A stretch of DNA of 63,410 nucleotides, the filler included, from Sphacelaria rigidula (Eukaryota), in assembly GCA_964200075.2 (NCBI GenBank). It is 9 parts of 9 records of this genome, joined end to end, with 100 filler letters (N's around TTAATTAATTAA, not from the genome) between each part and the next. Parts side by side here need not be neighbours in the genome. Positions count along the whole stretch, not along the records: positions 7,059 to 14,015 come from CAXNAA020017212.1; positions 14,116 to 21,072 come from CAXNAA020017213.1; positions 21,173 to 28,129 come from CAXNAA020017214.1; 6 more parts are not named here. One strand, written 5' to 3'. The notes under the pieces were generated by a model. The model made no database searches. It saw only the letters and a program-made list of their open reading frames with translations, and was not told the DNA's origin. This document shows, piece by piece, positions 10,791-25,352 of this stretch. The number at the start of each line of letters is the position of its first letter. Within the stretch, counting starts at the first letter, position 1. The position numbers and the translations under genes were made by a program.

Positions 10791-13399
10791 GAGTAGTCCA
10801 CCTCCAGTACACGTACGAGCAGGTTCATGATGATCTACAAGTGAAACAATCTGCTGTAGGCGTTTTCTATGGGTTGACGAACTTGCGGGTCTGATTGGCA
10901 GACGATGTGGATTTGAACATCACATGTTTCACGCATGTGGTTACTTTCGATAACGAAGGCTGTGTGTTTATGAATAACAACTGTCTTGGAGTCTCCAGGC
11001 CCTAGTGAGGGGGGGAGCCCTTCGAGCAATCTTGTGACCTTGTTCTGAGTCCAGGAGGGCTCTATAATAAACGTTTATTAAGGGGAACCCGCTGGTTTCT
11101 GGAAGAGGTTTGTCAGCTGTGGGCAGCTGCGGATAAATTATATCAAAATTTGTACACAGGAGTGTGCACTCTGTAACGTGAGGGAGCTCACTGACAACGG
11201 AGAGACGGCTAGGTTGGCTGGAACTGTTGCGTGCAGCTATGGCAACGCACAAGAAAGTGGGTGATGACGATGCAGGTGAAGAGGTGAAGTTTAAGTTTAC
11301 TGAGCTTATGCCTGCAGGATCGCTGAAAGCCCCAGGGTACGGACGGCATGTTAAATGTTTCAAGTGTTGAATATATGTTTTGTACTTCTGAATTTTGGGG
11401 CCGTCGAAGGTCCGTGTCAATAACACTGAAATTCCCCGAATTGTTTTTAGAGGCACAAGTGTAATGGAAATCTGAAATTTGGACAGCCGCTGCTGTTCGA
11501 AATATTATCCTAATTCCAAACTTGAAGTTTAGTTGAAAAAGGATTCATTTCGAAGAGCTTCAGCTGTACAGACAATCCCATATACACTGTATATAGCAGA
11601 TGGAATTTGTACACCACCAAGAACACCTGAAATTGGGTGGAGAAAGAACTTGGACGCGAGCAGCTTCAGCTGTTCAAGTCCTATATACTACACGCGAGCT
11701 TTTGTTGCAGCTGGGGTCATGTTAGCATATTGAAATTGACCTCGCTCATAGATGCATAGAACTGATGAAAACCTCGTAGTCCCGCGTCGACGAAACTAAC
11801 AAAATATACAGGGGATAATGAAACATCGATCTTATCGCATACTGCGTAATCAGGATATATATTCACAACAATAAACTATACTGGACTGTACAATGCCATT
11901 GCATGCGGGACAGTGCGCTACACCACCGTGCTTGTACGTGCGGCGCCATGTACTGCAGATGGCTGGCTATAAATACAATGTAGATGCCTGCAGCTTGTTT
12001 TGATATATGGGGTGGGTGTTATATACCGTCACGAACTGCAGTTTTTCACGCCCGTTCCACATCATATATTTGCGCGCACAGCTGCTGCAGCACAGTAAGT
12101 AGGGCGTGAAAGGGAAGGGGAAAAGTATACAGTACAGACAGCGCAGGACAATGTGTATATGTATGTTCTCTACCTACAGTGCGACGTGAAAAGGACTTGA
12201 ACAACGTGCAGCATATCGTACGCGCGGCCTGTATGCTGTACTACAGTATGTTATATCGCGGTGCGTCCGCGATCCGCAGCATGCATATGACGGTGAGTGT
12301 GTATATGCATACCATAGGCGGCCGGTTGATTGTTGTTCTTTGCACCCGTGCCTGCACATACACACCCCGCGTATGTCGTCGCCGCGCGATGTCGCGACCA
12401 TGAAAGAAGTAGGTGCTCAAGTTTCCACCGACGAGAAATATATCATATCCACCCGCACGGCAGTGTGTATGTGTCTATATCCCTGTGCCCAACGCGTGCT
12501 CTTTGCTGCGGCGTTGTCGTGGTATAGCTGGGCGGAACAATACTATTCTGCGGGCGGGTGCTTTTATTGATGTTTGATTTGTGTGCGGTGATAAAATACG
12601 GAGTGATGGTCCACATATATACTATTCATATACGATTGATTAAGTGATATTTTCTAAACATCGTTCGTGTTAGTAGACAACGGAAGACGTTCTTTTTTTA
12701 TTAAATGTAAATATATTGACGAGGTATACCCGATCATCTAGTATCTTCCCACCTTCCCAGGAGCTTCACACGAAGCACAGGTGTGGACATACACACGTAT
12801 CCAACGTGTGAGATCTCTATTCAGCGAAAGCGGTTGAGAGCTACTCACCCTGTAGCCCATGTACACATGGACTGGGGGGCAAAAAGATGAATACCTTTCA
12901 GCAACCTTTTCTGCGTGTCGGATCCCATGCGCCTGTGACGATGCAGTATGCGGGATTTGCCCAGCAGCTGACGCTGCTCGCCATATATTTCTTTTCCCCC
13001 AATCTCTGGATGAATTCGAGGAAAAAGTCAATGTTTATTTCGAGCTTCTTCTGCCGGTCAAATTCCGAATCTGCCAGTGTGCATGGGATTTGGGCAGCAA
13101 AAAAAGGAGCTGTTCGAAATAGATCCTTTTTCGCTCATCTCAAAAATGGGCGAAAAAAGGATCGACCTTGAACAGCTTCTTCTGCTGTTCTAAATAGATT
13201 CTTTTCTTTGCCGAAACTTGTTGGGCGAGGAAAGGATCTGTTTTGAAGAGCTTGTCCTTCTGTCCAAAATAAATTCGTTTTCGCTCGATTCAAATCGGGT
13301 GAAGAGAAATTTACCTCAAACAGGAGGACAAGCTATTGAAAATCTTTGGATTTTTCAAAAAACAAACTTGTGGTTTTTCCACCAAAACACTACCACATG

Positions 13400-13554
13400 A
13401 CTGTGCAGGGCTTTGCTGACGTGCCTACACAGGGCTGCAAATCCAACCCTGAGGAAAACCCTATCAAAACGCTACGAGGGGTACAGATTTTGCATTTCAC
13501 TGTCAGGGTTTTTTCACAAAGACTGTGGAGGACCCTGTACGGACCCTGCACAGT
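13400..13554. mobile_element. Possible small MITE
   Basis: Terminal inverted repeat actgtgcaggg / ccctgcacagt. Confidence 0.45.
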
Positions 13555-14115
13555 GCGCCCCACAGGGTGCTATCTGTCCACGTGTGCACCCCATTACCAC
13601 GCAGCGCTCGACGTCGCCGTAGGAATTTGTATCGCTAATAGCATCACAAGGCTGAAGCTCGCTTTGCCTACCCGCTCCACGCGGGTCACACGCGCCTGCT
13701 GATTCGATCATGCAAGGCGTGTCCACGGGTAAGCGTTGCTCCGGCGGTAATTCCGCCAACCCGGTATCCACCTGTCCTTCAAGTAGACACCCTCGCGAAT
13801 CATTTGAACGATCTTCCGCCATATCACTGGCGCAGATAGATTCGCCACGAGCATGACGAGCCCCAAGCTCGCTCTGCTCGTTTGCATTACGCGAATAACA
13901 TCTCCTGCAGCTTCGAGCACACAAGGAGTATCTCCAGCTACAACAGTGTTTTCGTGAGATTGAGAGTAGATGATACGATTGAGAGTGGCTTTGATCATTC
14001 GCTTTAAGTGAGTCANNNNNNNNNNNNNNNNNNNNNNNNNNNNNNNNNNNNNNNNNNNNTTAATTAATTAANNNNNNNNNNNNNNNNNNNNNNNNNNNNN
14101 NNNNNNNNNNNNNNN

Positions 14116-14690
14116 CCCACTCATTCCAAGAGTGTGTGCACTGGGGTCCTTAGCAGTACACTCCAAACATAGCCACCAGGCTATGCCCCACCCATTTTCT
14201 TATGTCTATTTTTGCATTTTTTCACAGAGGTTTTCTCTCCTTATAGCCACCAGGCTATATCCCACCCTTTTTTTCTATGGGCCAATTTTTTACCGAGGTT
14301 TTTCTCTCCGACTGGTCAGTAGTCTAGTTGGTTATCTCTTAAACCGTCACAAAAGTCAGTCGTGGGGGTTTGATCCCCGTCACGTTCACTCCGAGGAGGG
14401 CGACTCTCCTTGCCAGCGCTCTATCGACTGCAATCAGGACCTCTAATGTTGTCACTCTCACCGTACCCTTAACTTACTCGTCTCCCCCACTCATTTCCAG
14501 AGTGCTTGCACTGGGGTCCCTAGCAGTAAACTCCAAACATTCTCACCAGGCTATACTCCACCCTTCTTCTTTTGGGCCAATTTTTTACAGAGGTTTTCTC
14601 TCCTCTTTTTTCTTCGAGAAAAGTGCGTTCGACGGGAATCGAACCAGCGCCTAACTTTTGTGACGGTTTAAGAGACAACACGCATGCAAG
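14116..14690. repeat. Local duplication with tRNA-like fragments
   Basis: 14116-14305 is repeated at ~14487-14600. tRNA-like pieces at 14310-14381 (+) and 14630-14678 (-) are reverse complements of each other. Confidence 0.55.
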
Positions 14691-15982
14691 TTATTCGCTA
14701 TTCAAAATGCAACAAACCCCGCATGCAATAATGCTCCGGCATCAGGGATGGAGATCAGATTTGTGTTCGAAGATGCTGCAGGCCCAGGCCGCCGTAAGTA
14801 GGAAGAAAATCGCGCTCGTCGTTGTCATCGAACCCACAATATACCACGGGATATAGTTTCCCTGTTCTGTGTGTGTATATATATGTATATGATTTCAGAG
14901 GCTTTCTGAATGTTCCTTGCCTTATTCTGCTGAAGAACTTTACCGCGACGAGCTCTTATTTGCACTAAAGGGGCGGGATTCTGGGGATTCGAAGCAGTTG
15001 GTGTTCGTGGAGAAACCATATGCCTACACAGAAATAAGCATCGGGGAAGGATCTTCCGCTCGACGTAGCTGCTCGTGCATAAGCCACAAACAGATGCACA
15101 ATACCGTCTCAGTGCCGCAAAACAGCAGCAGTGTTGATTGCGCTGGTAGTATATGCGATCATGCACTCACGAAGGTCTCAGCTGACGCAGCAAAACGACG
15201 CATGAAGACACGACAACATTAGTTGAAGTCTTCTCTCCCTCGACTAAGACGACAGAACAGGCTGCTGCACGTCGATTACCTTCCAGTTCCGTGCTGTCCA
15301 AGGCGCCCGTCCATTCATTCATTCATTCATTCATTCATTTAATCATTCTTTGTAGAATCGCAGGCGGAGGGAACACCTCGGGATACCATTGTTACTAGCC
15401 TGGACACTCGACGAGGCAAATAGAGGTAGGACAGAGTAAATGAGGAGCAGACGAGTAAAACCCTCACTGTTAAAAAAGAACGGTCAAACAGTACCTGTAG
15501 CTTATCTGCCAACTCTGCCACCACTACTGTAGTTTCAGACGGTAAAACGAAGGTTACCAGTTGTTGCTTCCCAACTGCTTATTTTCCGTAGGCGCGGTGT
15601 TTTTGCAACAAATCACCTCTTCGAGGCAAGCCCTCCCATACTCCGTGAGAACGTGCCCCACCACCCCGGGTCTCGTGTCCTGCTCGCGACCGTCCCCGGG
15701 CCACCGTCCGAGTTTAGGGTAACTGGCGCATAGCAGAACATGGAGCAGACCAAGTTGTCGTGGAAAGGGCCATAGGGAGGGGGGTGGTTCGGGAGGGCGA
15801 GTGCAGCACGAAATTTGGAAGTTCTACCCGAGATGGAAAGAGTGGGAGAAGTGTGACACACAGGAAGACATTTGATCGCCTTTCCTATAGTAGAAAGTTC
15901 GGTCTAAAAAGATGAAGAGCGCGCACCGCTGTCTCTCTTTGCTGAGTTGTACTGAAGACACGAAATTAAGAAGCTACGGAAC

Positions 15983-16260
15983 GGGGGGTGTACTCGTGAT
16001 CATGCATGCCATAGTCATTAGACCATTGACCTCGCATCCCTACAAAGCCGGGACGNNNNNNNNNNCCAGGCTCGCACTCAATCACCAAGCACGAAGCGCC
16101 GTGGTGTGTTCGGCGAGTCGCATGAAGGGCGAGCTGCATTCTGCTAAAATTGTTCGGCCCGAAGCCACTGTTTGTCTTGCATTTTGGATGACAACCTACA
16201 GTAAGTTGCTTTATTTTGTGGTATCGCCACTTTCACAGATAGCCACAGCTTATACACTAC
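15983..16260 (+). mobile_element. 5' region of the LINE family seen at 49660-52125
   Basis: Collinear with rc of 51840-52125. The head motif ggggtgtactc.tgatcatgcatgccatagtca..agaccattgacctcgcatccctacaaagccgg also occurs at 21050, 35287(-), 40020(-), 40899 and 49560(-); an internal piece is at 6885. Confidence 0.75.
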
Positions 16261-19200
16261 CTCATAGGTGTCTCACCATGCGGGAGGGGGGCAAAGGTCT
16301 GAAGAATGAGGAACGATGAAAAATGTTTGAGCAAACAATTATTGAGCTACGAGGCGGAAAACGTGACCGCATGCAGTTCCCATTGCACATATGTCGCTCT
16401 TCATTCCGGTATTTTCCCCGTTAAGCAATTTCATGAGTTCGAGGTTGTACCTCTTCTCCGAGATGAACACCTCCTGATGATGAGACAAGAAAGAAGGGAG
16501 GGTACCACGAAATTCAAGATCGCTAGTGATTGAAGGAAGGCCTAATGGTCATGAGAAAGTTTGAAAGGGAAACAATTGGTCAGGGAAATGGGTATGTCTC
16601 TCGAGGTTTGACCACTTCCAGCGTACAGCGGTTAGTTCATCAGTCAGCGACGTGACGTCATGTGTGCAACAAAATATTTTCACACGATCCATGTTTCGTA
16701 TCTGTACCACTTCCTTTTCTAAAAAACAAAATGAACATCAAATGGCCAGTTGTACGTCTAAAAATGTCAGAAGGCAAATTACGTTTTCATGTATGTTTTG
16801 AGGAAATGAGCACACCATTCAGCTACCATATGGATTCACAGAGACGGGATCGCCAGGAAATCCAGAATCTGGTAGGTGAGTGACAATGCTCACCTTCATC
16901 CACATAATCGGTTTCCTGAGCTGGTATGTAATTGGATCATACACAAAATCCTCCGAATGTTGGTGGTATGAGCATCTCGGCACACCGTATGCCAGGATAT
17001 CTGTCAAAGAAAGTGTGCCGCAGAGTTCTCCCAGGCGCCCTGCTTCCATAGCTTCACTATTGGTGACTATTTACATACTAGAAAAAATTGACGTTTCGGA
17101 ATGTTTTCTGTTTGTTTGTATGTTTTCGGCAACGGGTGCTTTGTGACGATAGACGTTTCCAAATCACAGTGTGATAATGTAATCACCATTCAAATATGAT
17201 TTCAAAATGGATGGATCCATTTTGGAAGAGTTATTGAGGCGGGTATCTCAAAATGAAAGGAATCGCAGCGGTATTGTCCAGGTTTGAATGTAAAATATAG
17301 ATGCGATGGTGTTAAATTTGCACACGCTAAGCTTCAAACACCCTCGGGAAAAAATGCCTCAAGCACAGTATATGCTTACCAAAAAATGCTTAAGCACGGT
17401 ATACACTTACCACTTATACGCAAGAGAAGTAAAACCAGCGGAAGTCTACGGGCGACTCGCTAGCTGGCCAGGGTCGCATATCACACCGAGGTTAAGGTAG
17501 TGTTCATGGAGGTGAAAACACATGGAATTTCATTGTTTCATGCATGTTGGTATAGTAGCTCCACCCCCATTAACTTGAATCTCGCTTTTGTGTTTGGCTC
17601 GTTTTTGGCATAATGAGAGAGCAACAAAACAAGAATATTCATTTCTGACGCCTGTCTCTGGGGGCCCTTTTACTCTGCGTTGTCCAAGCCATTTTTGCAG
17701 AATGAACGGCTTCTTTTCCCGTCGTGATGTGTTTATTATGCGTGCCATGCCAATATGCCAATCCTAACCACCATCGCAGGGTGAATATATAGTCCTCGTT
17801 AAAACATGAAGGCTGCAAGTTATTCAAATATGCTTATCATAACTACATATGTTTCTTGTTATAATGTGTCTCTCGCGCGTTAAAGTTTAAAGCTGTACGC
17901 TCGAAGAACGCCTGGCATTTCTCTGTGAATTTGGGTATTCCTGCCCATTATTCAAGAACAAACTACTGCCATTTTTTTAAAATCTGAAACTACAGAAGCA
18001 GAGTTACCACGTGCCCCACAAGTAGATATAACCTGTACGCTTGCGCGTAATTTCAGGCTGCCTCCATCCACCGTTACCTGCGCTTACGATATCACCTTTT
18101 GCAGCATCATTTCGCTCACTTGTCGGTATATTCAACGCAGCAATTAGAGCTATCGCACAAGGAACGAATCGTGCCTTTCACCACGCCCTCTTTCCTGTAA
18201 ATATTTAGCGGCGCTCCTTCCACCCTACTTTGTTCAGATTCTCGCTTTCTCCTGTGCCCCCACTTTATGGTACCCCCACCCACCGTTCGTTGTTTATTGC
18301 ACATGGGGGTGATACTCTTTTCTTGCTCCACCATCTCGCTCACATTTCTGGAGGCCTGTCGAAGAAATGGATTTCGTTCGGCATCCCCGACACGAGTGGG
18401 TGGGTGAGCAGGTTTCTTCGCAAGTTGGTGGTGCCTGCTTTCTAGTCCACATATCACCGCGACGACAACACAATGGAAGCATGACAAAAGGAAGAACAAA
18501 TTCTCAGTAGGTGATGAGTTGATACACAGTCCATGTTAAACCACGCAGATAAATCATGCTCCGGACGTTACAACGTGGGAAATATGGTGTTCTATCAAGT
18601 AGTGTCGGTCTCCCCAAATTGGTTTCAAGACTGGCGAATAAGACGCGTGTAATGATGCGGAGCGAACGAATAATCACAATGAACGATCCTACTATGGTGG
18701 GTGCCGTGTAGGATTTTGGACGACGAACGGAGGTTCATGGGTGTGTGATGCAACTTCACCACAAACTGTTTTATGGGCGTTTTGATATGTGACAACATTG
18801 TCAAGTGATGTTGCCTGTTACGTATCGTGTGCTGATTTCAATTGCTCAATTGAAGCTCTCTGCCTGCAGCGGCGCGTGCAAGTAGACGGTTCACGAAAAA
18901 AGCCCCCCCGCTTTCCGCCGCCCGTACAGTATGCTCAATCGGGGACGGCCGGGATTAGAAAATCATACGTGCGCTTGCATGGACGAAATTTGACGGCAAA
19001 AGCGTGCAATTTGAGACTCATCACAGTCAAAGGTCACTGTAAGATAGTTACCCGAGGCATGCAGAAAATTTACGAATACATTATAATCGTAACCCTAGGG
19101 CTACTCCACGGTCGGGGGGAGGGGGAGGGGGGTCAGAGTGGACTGTCGGACTTATTGGTCAAAGTAGCCATCTGAGCCTTTTTCTGGGGGAGCAAGGGTA

Positions 19201-21668
19201 CTTACAACGTTCTCGATGTAGTTGTTCTGTGAAGTGCCAGTAGCTCATGGACGCCCAAAACTGTCAAGAGTAATACCGTTTAGTTACCGTCCAGGACCTG
19301 AAAAACAGACTTGCCACGTGACCCGCCAGCACTTCCAATCCGAGACGCTTTACCTCCCAGGAAAATGTGGAAGCGAAAACGTGTACCATCGTCCATCATA
19401 CCCAAGAACTCCGCTGCGTCTCGGGCACGCGCTTACTACACCCCTTTCGTGAGATTGATCTCTAAGCCTATAGCTGACGTGAAGCGTGAAGGACTGACCT
19501 GGACACCTATAATGGTGACGAGCGGGATAGATAGCGGCGTACGGTAGCCTACGGGTACTACCACCGGCAGAGGTATGGTGCCACTTCCTAGGCGGGTCTC
19601 CACTACGTACTTGGCGAAGCTCGAGTATCGCTTCAGCAAGGTGCTAGCCTGCGCGGATCATGGATGCGTAAGAAAATGGGGGGCGCTGTGATAATTCGAT
19701 TTCAGGGGATGGAGCTTGGATGAAAGGAGGAACTCATCTAGCAAGAGCTTGTTACTTCAGCGAACATCTGAGACCACGGGGCTGCTGCCTTTTGTTGGGT
19801 ACGTCGACTTGAATTCGTACAGTAGCTGTGCTCTATGGAAAACAATATTGCCTGTTTATTATGCCAGGGCACTTTGGATGTTCAAGTGTCGAAGTGTTCA
19901 GCTCGTAGCATGTAGATGTTAAAAGACAAACAACATACTCTGAGAATATATACACCACCGTAGTGGGAAAACATGGTCACGTCAGTGGTTTACTTCGCCA
20001 CTCTCCGTGAGCCAATGATTTGTCTATATAATTGGCTATGCTCGCTTCGCTCTGTGTCACCGCATTATTGTACTACATCGCACTGAACGCTACAGATACG
20101 CTTCGAAATTGTATTATGAGACCCTTTCCGTATGTGATGTTGCTGTCGTCGTTCATGCAACGAAATGTTTCGTTTACCGTACAGTCGAACCGGAACCATA
20201 CAGCATTGGGGAACTGTCCTGCACCGAAGATGCGTAGGTGCCTCGCCATTTTTGAACCTCGCTTCACACTTGACACTTCGCAACGCCACACAAAGTCACT
20301 ATATTCTTACCAAAATACGATGCACACAAGATGCAACACTCAAGACGCAAATGCGAGTGTGACCAACAACACACATTAGCTGAACGGAAATCTTATGTGA
20401 GATTACTCACACTGTACTTGCGGTGTCCTGACAGTTCTGTTCCTACCGCTTCAGACGGCAACTGACTGGGATATTTCTAGAGCTCCATCCAAATGTGTGC
20501 ATGTATGGGATACGAAACGCCATCCAAAAATAGGTTAAAGCATGACCCCATATCTTTGAGCGGTTTGATTAACGAAGCAGGATACAACCTGGGAAAACGG
20601 CGCTTTTTTCAAATAATACTATATTGTATATCCCCGGGATCGCTTGAAGTCCGTCCAGCGTTTCTGATCATCTGCTGAATAGCAATGTCGACCAAATTAT
20701 GTCGTTCCGGGGGTAGGAATGAAGAAAAATCGAAAATGTTCCTCCTTAACCTGGGTTCTAGAGAGAAATAACAGGCTGGTACACATATATCTATTAATAC
20801 CAACGTATAGCTATATCACATGCGGGGTGCTCGTTGTAGTGCGCAAGCGCACAGGGATTAAAAGGTTGTCTGTAGGACAAAATACGGCTTGCCAACATGG
20901 GGCAATCAATAGCTTGCCTGGGTGGGTGCCATGAAATCTGTAATTCCTAGTCGACAACAGTTGCAAGCCTACGTAGAAATCCTAGATTGTTGCAGTCTCG
21001 TATGCTAACCTAAGCGCGTCATTGGGCGATCCTATTATACGCGGGGGAGGGGGGAGGGTGTACTCGTGATCANNNNNNNNNNNNNNNNNNNNNNNNNNNN
21101 NNNNNNNNNNNNNNNNTTAATTAATTAANNNNNNNNNNNNNNNNNNNNNNNNNNNNNNNNNNNNNNNNNNNNTGTGTCTTTTTTTTCTGTCTTTTTTTTT
21201 TGTTGTGCCTCCCATCTCCTTGGTGCGGTTGTCAGCGCGGATGGGGGGTGATTCTACGAAAAATAGGGGGCTCACAGGCGTGTCAGACGACCTGACTGCT
21301 CATCACGGTGAGTTTGTGTTTTGGTCCTGAAGACGATGGATGCCAAGTGGTATAAATTAATGTGTGTGATTAGTAACAAGCGCATTCGAACAAGCGTTAC
21401 TGCTTTCAACGACTTTTGAGGTGGAAGAAGTGGAAGAAGTGGCCGAAAATACCCCCTCCCCCAATCGTAGCATCACCACCCTGGTGTGATGTGGCGGGCT
21501 AGGGTCCAACATTCATTTGACTCAGAGGCGAACGTTTGACCTTTGGGCCGGTGAGCGCTGACCAGTTCAAAGATCAAACGCCCATCTTCTACCCGTCTCT
21601 TATACGATGCGATAACGACTCAGCTCGTCTGCAGTGGAAAAATACCCGCAGACGGTTGAGGAGAACTG

Positions 21669-21891
21669 TGTAATGCGTGAGAGGACCGCGTGCTTAGAGG
21701 ACCGAGCCGCAGTTCAAAACACCGCAGGATCGATGTTTTTCAAAACCAATCGGGCCAGTCCGTGCAGGTACCACGCCCCTGACCATAACCCAAACACTAA
21801 CCCCAACACTAACCCTAACCCTAACCCTAACCATGGGGATGTTCAAATTCCGATGCGGTCCTCTAAGCACGCGGTCCTCTCACGCATTACA
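21669..21891 (+). mobile_element. Telomere-repeat-containing MITE (TGT..ACA, Ginger-like)
   Basis: 35-bp TIR TGTAATGCGTGAGAGGACCGCGTGCTTAGAGGACC, TSD ACTG, internal (AACCCT)n. Confidence 0.88.
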
Positions 21892-22468
21892 ACTGTACGG
21901 TCTGTAGGTGACCAGAATACGTCGCACATTAAGTTGTACCGTTCCAAGTCTTGTACGCGGGTTGAACACGTGGTCACGAGATTGAAGAAGGACATCAGAC
22001 CTTTGGTGGATAACTGTAATCCTCACCTCGATTTCGTCCATTTGCCTTTGGATGTGCTGCTCCTCCTGCTGCGCAATCAACCCTAACCTCCGCCGGTACC
22101 CGCACGCGCAGATGATCGTCCCGACACAAAAAATAGTCAGAAGACCGAACGTTTGATCGTAGCTTGACTGCGCAGTGCGTAACAAAGACACGGAGGTATA
22201 CGTTGAAGGGTGGTTGTGTGTTTAGAAGAACGGAGGCAGATTCCCACCGAGCATTCGCGATCTGTCACTCCACGGGAGGCTAGTGGTGAAACAGAATAGC
22301 ATGGGGCTCAGATAAACGTCAAAGCAGGGTGTCACGTGAAGAATATCCATGGGCATCACTTGGAGTGTATCTAGGGGTGAATATAGCCGTCGAAATGCAA
22401 TGGGCTCACCGAAACCGAGCAGCGCAATTCATGACGTTGTTGGTTTTGTCGTCCTTGGGCGTATTCGG

Positions 22469-22682
22469 TGTAATGCGTGAGAGGACCACGTGCTTGGAGG
22501 ACCGCATCGGGATTTGAACATCCGGATGATTAGGGTTAGGGTTAGGGTTGTTAGTGTTGGCGTTAGGTTGAGAGGCGTGGTCCCGTCAGGGACTGGCCCG
22601 ATTAGTTTTGAAAAACGTCGATCCGGGGGTGGTTTGGACTACGGCGCGATCATCTAAGCACGCGGTCCTCTCACGCATTACA
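22469..22682 (-). mobile_element. Telomere-repeat-containing MITE
   Basis: Same TIRs, internal TTAGGGTTAGGGTTAGGG, TSD ttcgg/ttcga. Confidence 0.87.
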
Positions 22683-22984
22683 TTCGACCCCATTCATGAG
22701 GATAATATACTACAAATATGCGCCGTAGGCTCCTTGCTGTATGCCCATCCATGTAATTCAAAAGGAGGAGGCGAATACACCTCAACGTCAACACTCGCTG
22801 GAATAAGCGGAGATAGACGAGATGTGTTAAATGATGACCTTTGGTGCACAGCAGGTCCAGACCAGCGAGGGTAAGCACAACCTCTATGGCAAAGACGATG
22901 AAGTGTAGGGTCACTCACCAGTCGAGCACAAGATACAGCGCAAAAAATGCACAGAAAATTTCGTCAACACTCTGTGTACTTCAC

Positions 22985-24435
22985 AGAAGGAAGTTGCAGT
23001 ACTCCTGTGTCGTTACATGCACCGGGCTGTGGTACTCCGCCGTATAGAATAGCCTTAGCTTATAGTTGTTAGTTCGAGATCTTCCTGCTTTCAGCAGCCG
23101 GTATGATGGCGTCTTGCCTTTGTCGAGTTCGAACTGGGCATGGGAGCAGGCCAACTTATCTTGACTCGAAATTATTTCTAGCCTGGCGAAACAATGTGCC
23201 ATTAGCGTTTTGACTCTATGGACTGCGAATGAGATTGTGTGATGGAACAAACCCATGGAACAAACCCATGGAACAAATCCAATGTGCATGCAGAACATGC
23301 TAACAACATGCCCCGCTGTTCTAATTTATCCCCGTCTTGAGATACTGTCGCTATCAACGAAGCTAATTGTACAGAACACACGCCCGAGGCACGGCAGAAA
23401 CCGAAGATTTATCACGTGACAAATCTAGTAGGAACAAGCGGTGCCAACGATAGTCTCTGCTATAGGTAATAAGAGTCGGAGATTTTGTTGCTGGCGCGCT
23501 GGATCGTGCTCGTTTCGTGTTCATGATATACACCGACACTTCAGTACTAACACACGCTTTTGAGTGGTATGCACTTACGAGCACTCGGGCGGGTGTGATC
23601 CACAGGAGGTCGGACCGCACAACGCCAAAAAAAGGCAAGTGTGTTGTAGTCCAACCATGAGTAGCCCGTGGGAGAATTGTCGTTCAAATGTATGCCACCA
23701 CATACATTTACAGAAGCTACCGGTTGCCGTAGGCACCGATTGAAAAAACGATTTTGCGCAGTATCTCAGAAACACAGCAGCAGCAGACACGCGTCAGCAC
23801 GATCAAAAGTTGTGATGGCGTGGTATACTGCAAGACAGTGCAGAAAGATGTAGCTTACATGGTGAAAATAAGAGCACTGCAAAGAAAGCAAGATACATTT
23901 TCAGGGGGTTGTCCGGACCACATGGGAAAAAAGGCCCCTCACCTGCCTTCTCCTACATAGACAACACGAAAAACAAAAAATTCCCGTGTGCGCGTGGCGT
24001 GACGCCGCGACAGGAAAGAAGCGACTGCTCACGCCGGACGGAAAATGCAAAATACAATTACAACACACGACACCGCAATACTATCGCTTGGTACAGGGTA
24101 GACATGTATCTGCATGTGTATACCAACAAATCGATCGCCGCTGGGGTTGTTTCTGGAAATGAGCACCATGACTGGATGCAAGGCTCTTGGAGGCAAGCAG
24201 TTTTGTGCAGCGGGTTGGAGGGGGCGCAGCAATTGTTGTGAGAAAATAGTCTCGTGTCCAGCACGGATTGCTGAGGTGCATGGAACGAGAGAAACACCCG
24301 GAAACTAATGAGCAGTGCACGTAAGGCGGGATGGACCCTGACGTTCATCCTCCGTTCGTACCGACCGGAGGCGGGGTCGATTTTCCTTTCTGTGTATCTC
24401 TCACGCGTGTACTGACTTACCCGGCAACTTGCTCA

Positions 24436-24471
<36 letters not shown>

Positions 24472-25352
24472 CCTAGATTCCGCCAGAAAATCCCAATATT
24501 CGCGCGCGATTGAAGGGCTCTTCGAGTTTCTCAGCGCGGCTCGAACCCGCGCGCCGGCGACGCCTTCAAACGCGCATTGTTGCTGGCATAATTGATCAAA
24601 AGAGCTGTCCTGGGATACAGCTGCCTGCACGTGCATTTGATATACTTTGTTGGGAGACACTGTTTCGAGCCCGTTCCCTCGAAAACTCTGAGTTGTCAGC
24701 GAATGCTATGCGGATGGAATATCAAGTAACGAGCGCTTCGTGGTAGAGACTGGATTATAGTGTAGATTCCGGTAACAATACAAACGTATGATGAGATGCC
24801 CTAGAGACAAATCTAGATACGGTACGTCTTGCAGCGACGAACATGCACATCGATGCTTTAAGCCAGCAGAACACAGATGTATAGCACCTATTTCGCGACG
24901 AGAACGCAGCGCGATTGAGTGCATTACGTCCGATATCTACTATACGACGCCGTGGCACTCGGTACCACAATCACGCACAGTCACTCAACACCAGTCGATA
25001 TTGCGACCACTCATTTCCACCAACCGCATCATACCTTTTGATAAGCATCGACCCATGCCCATGCAAAAAGGCTGATTAAAGACGAAACTACGAGCACGAG
25101 CAACATGTTGCAGTGGCTGAGCTCCACGCGAAATGGGACTCGCTCTGTAAATCGCCGAATTCCTGCCCAGCTGGGCTGTTGTAGCCTGGTGCGACGAGTA
25201 CCCCCGACGTCCCCTCGTCTTCCCTCCATGCCCGCTCTTCGCTCAACTGAAAATGTGTTACTCCCACTACGCCCGCCATGTCTCGCTGCTTCATCGATCA
25301 CAGCGACATGGCGTGTTGTGGAACGCTGCTCGTCGGAAACACCCGTCTCCAT
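22985..25352 (-). CDS. Possible multi-exon gene of unknown function (TM segment plus Cys-rich parts); model unresolved
   Basis: Exon-like blocks with splice signals: 25352-25036 (..LVLVVSSLISLFAWAWVDAYQK|gtatga), ~24272-24125 (cag|QSVLDTRLFSHNNCCAP..), ~23716-23579 (|gtaagt), ~23181-22985. One block may be frameshifted. Confidence 0.3.

Noticed and set aside
21785-21832. True telomere or chromosome end
   Set aside because: Short degenerate tracts, always internal to a TIR element.
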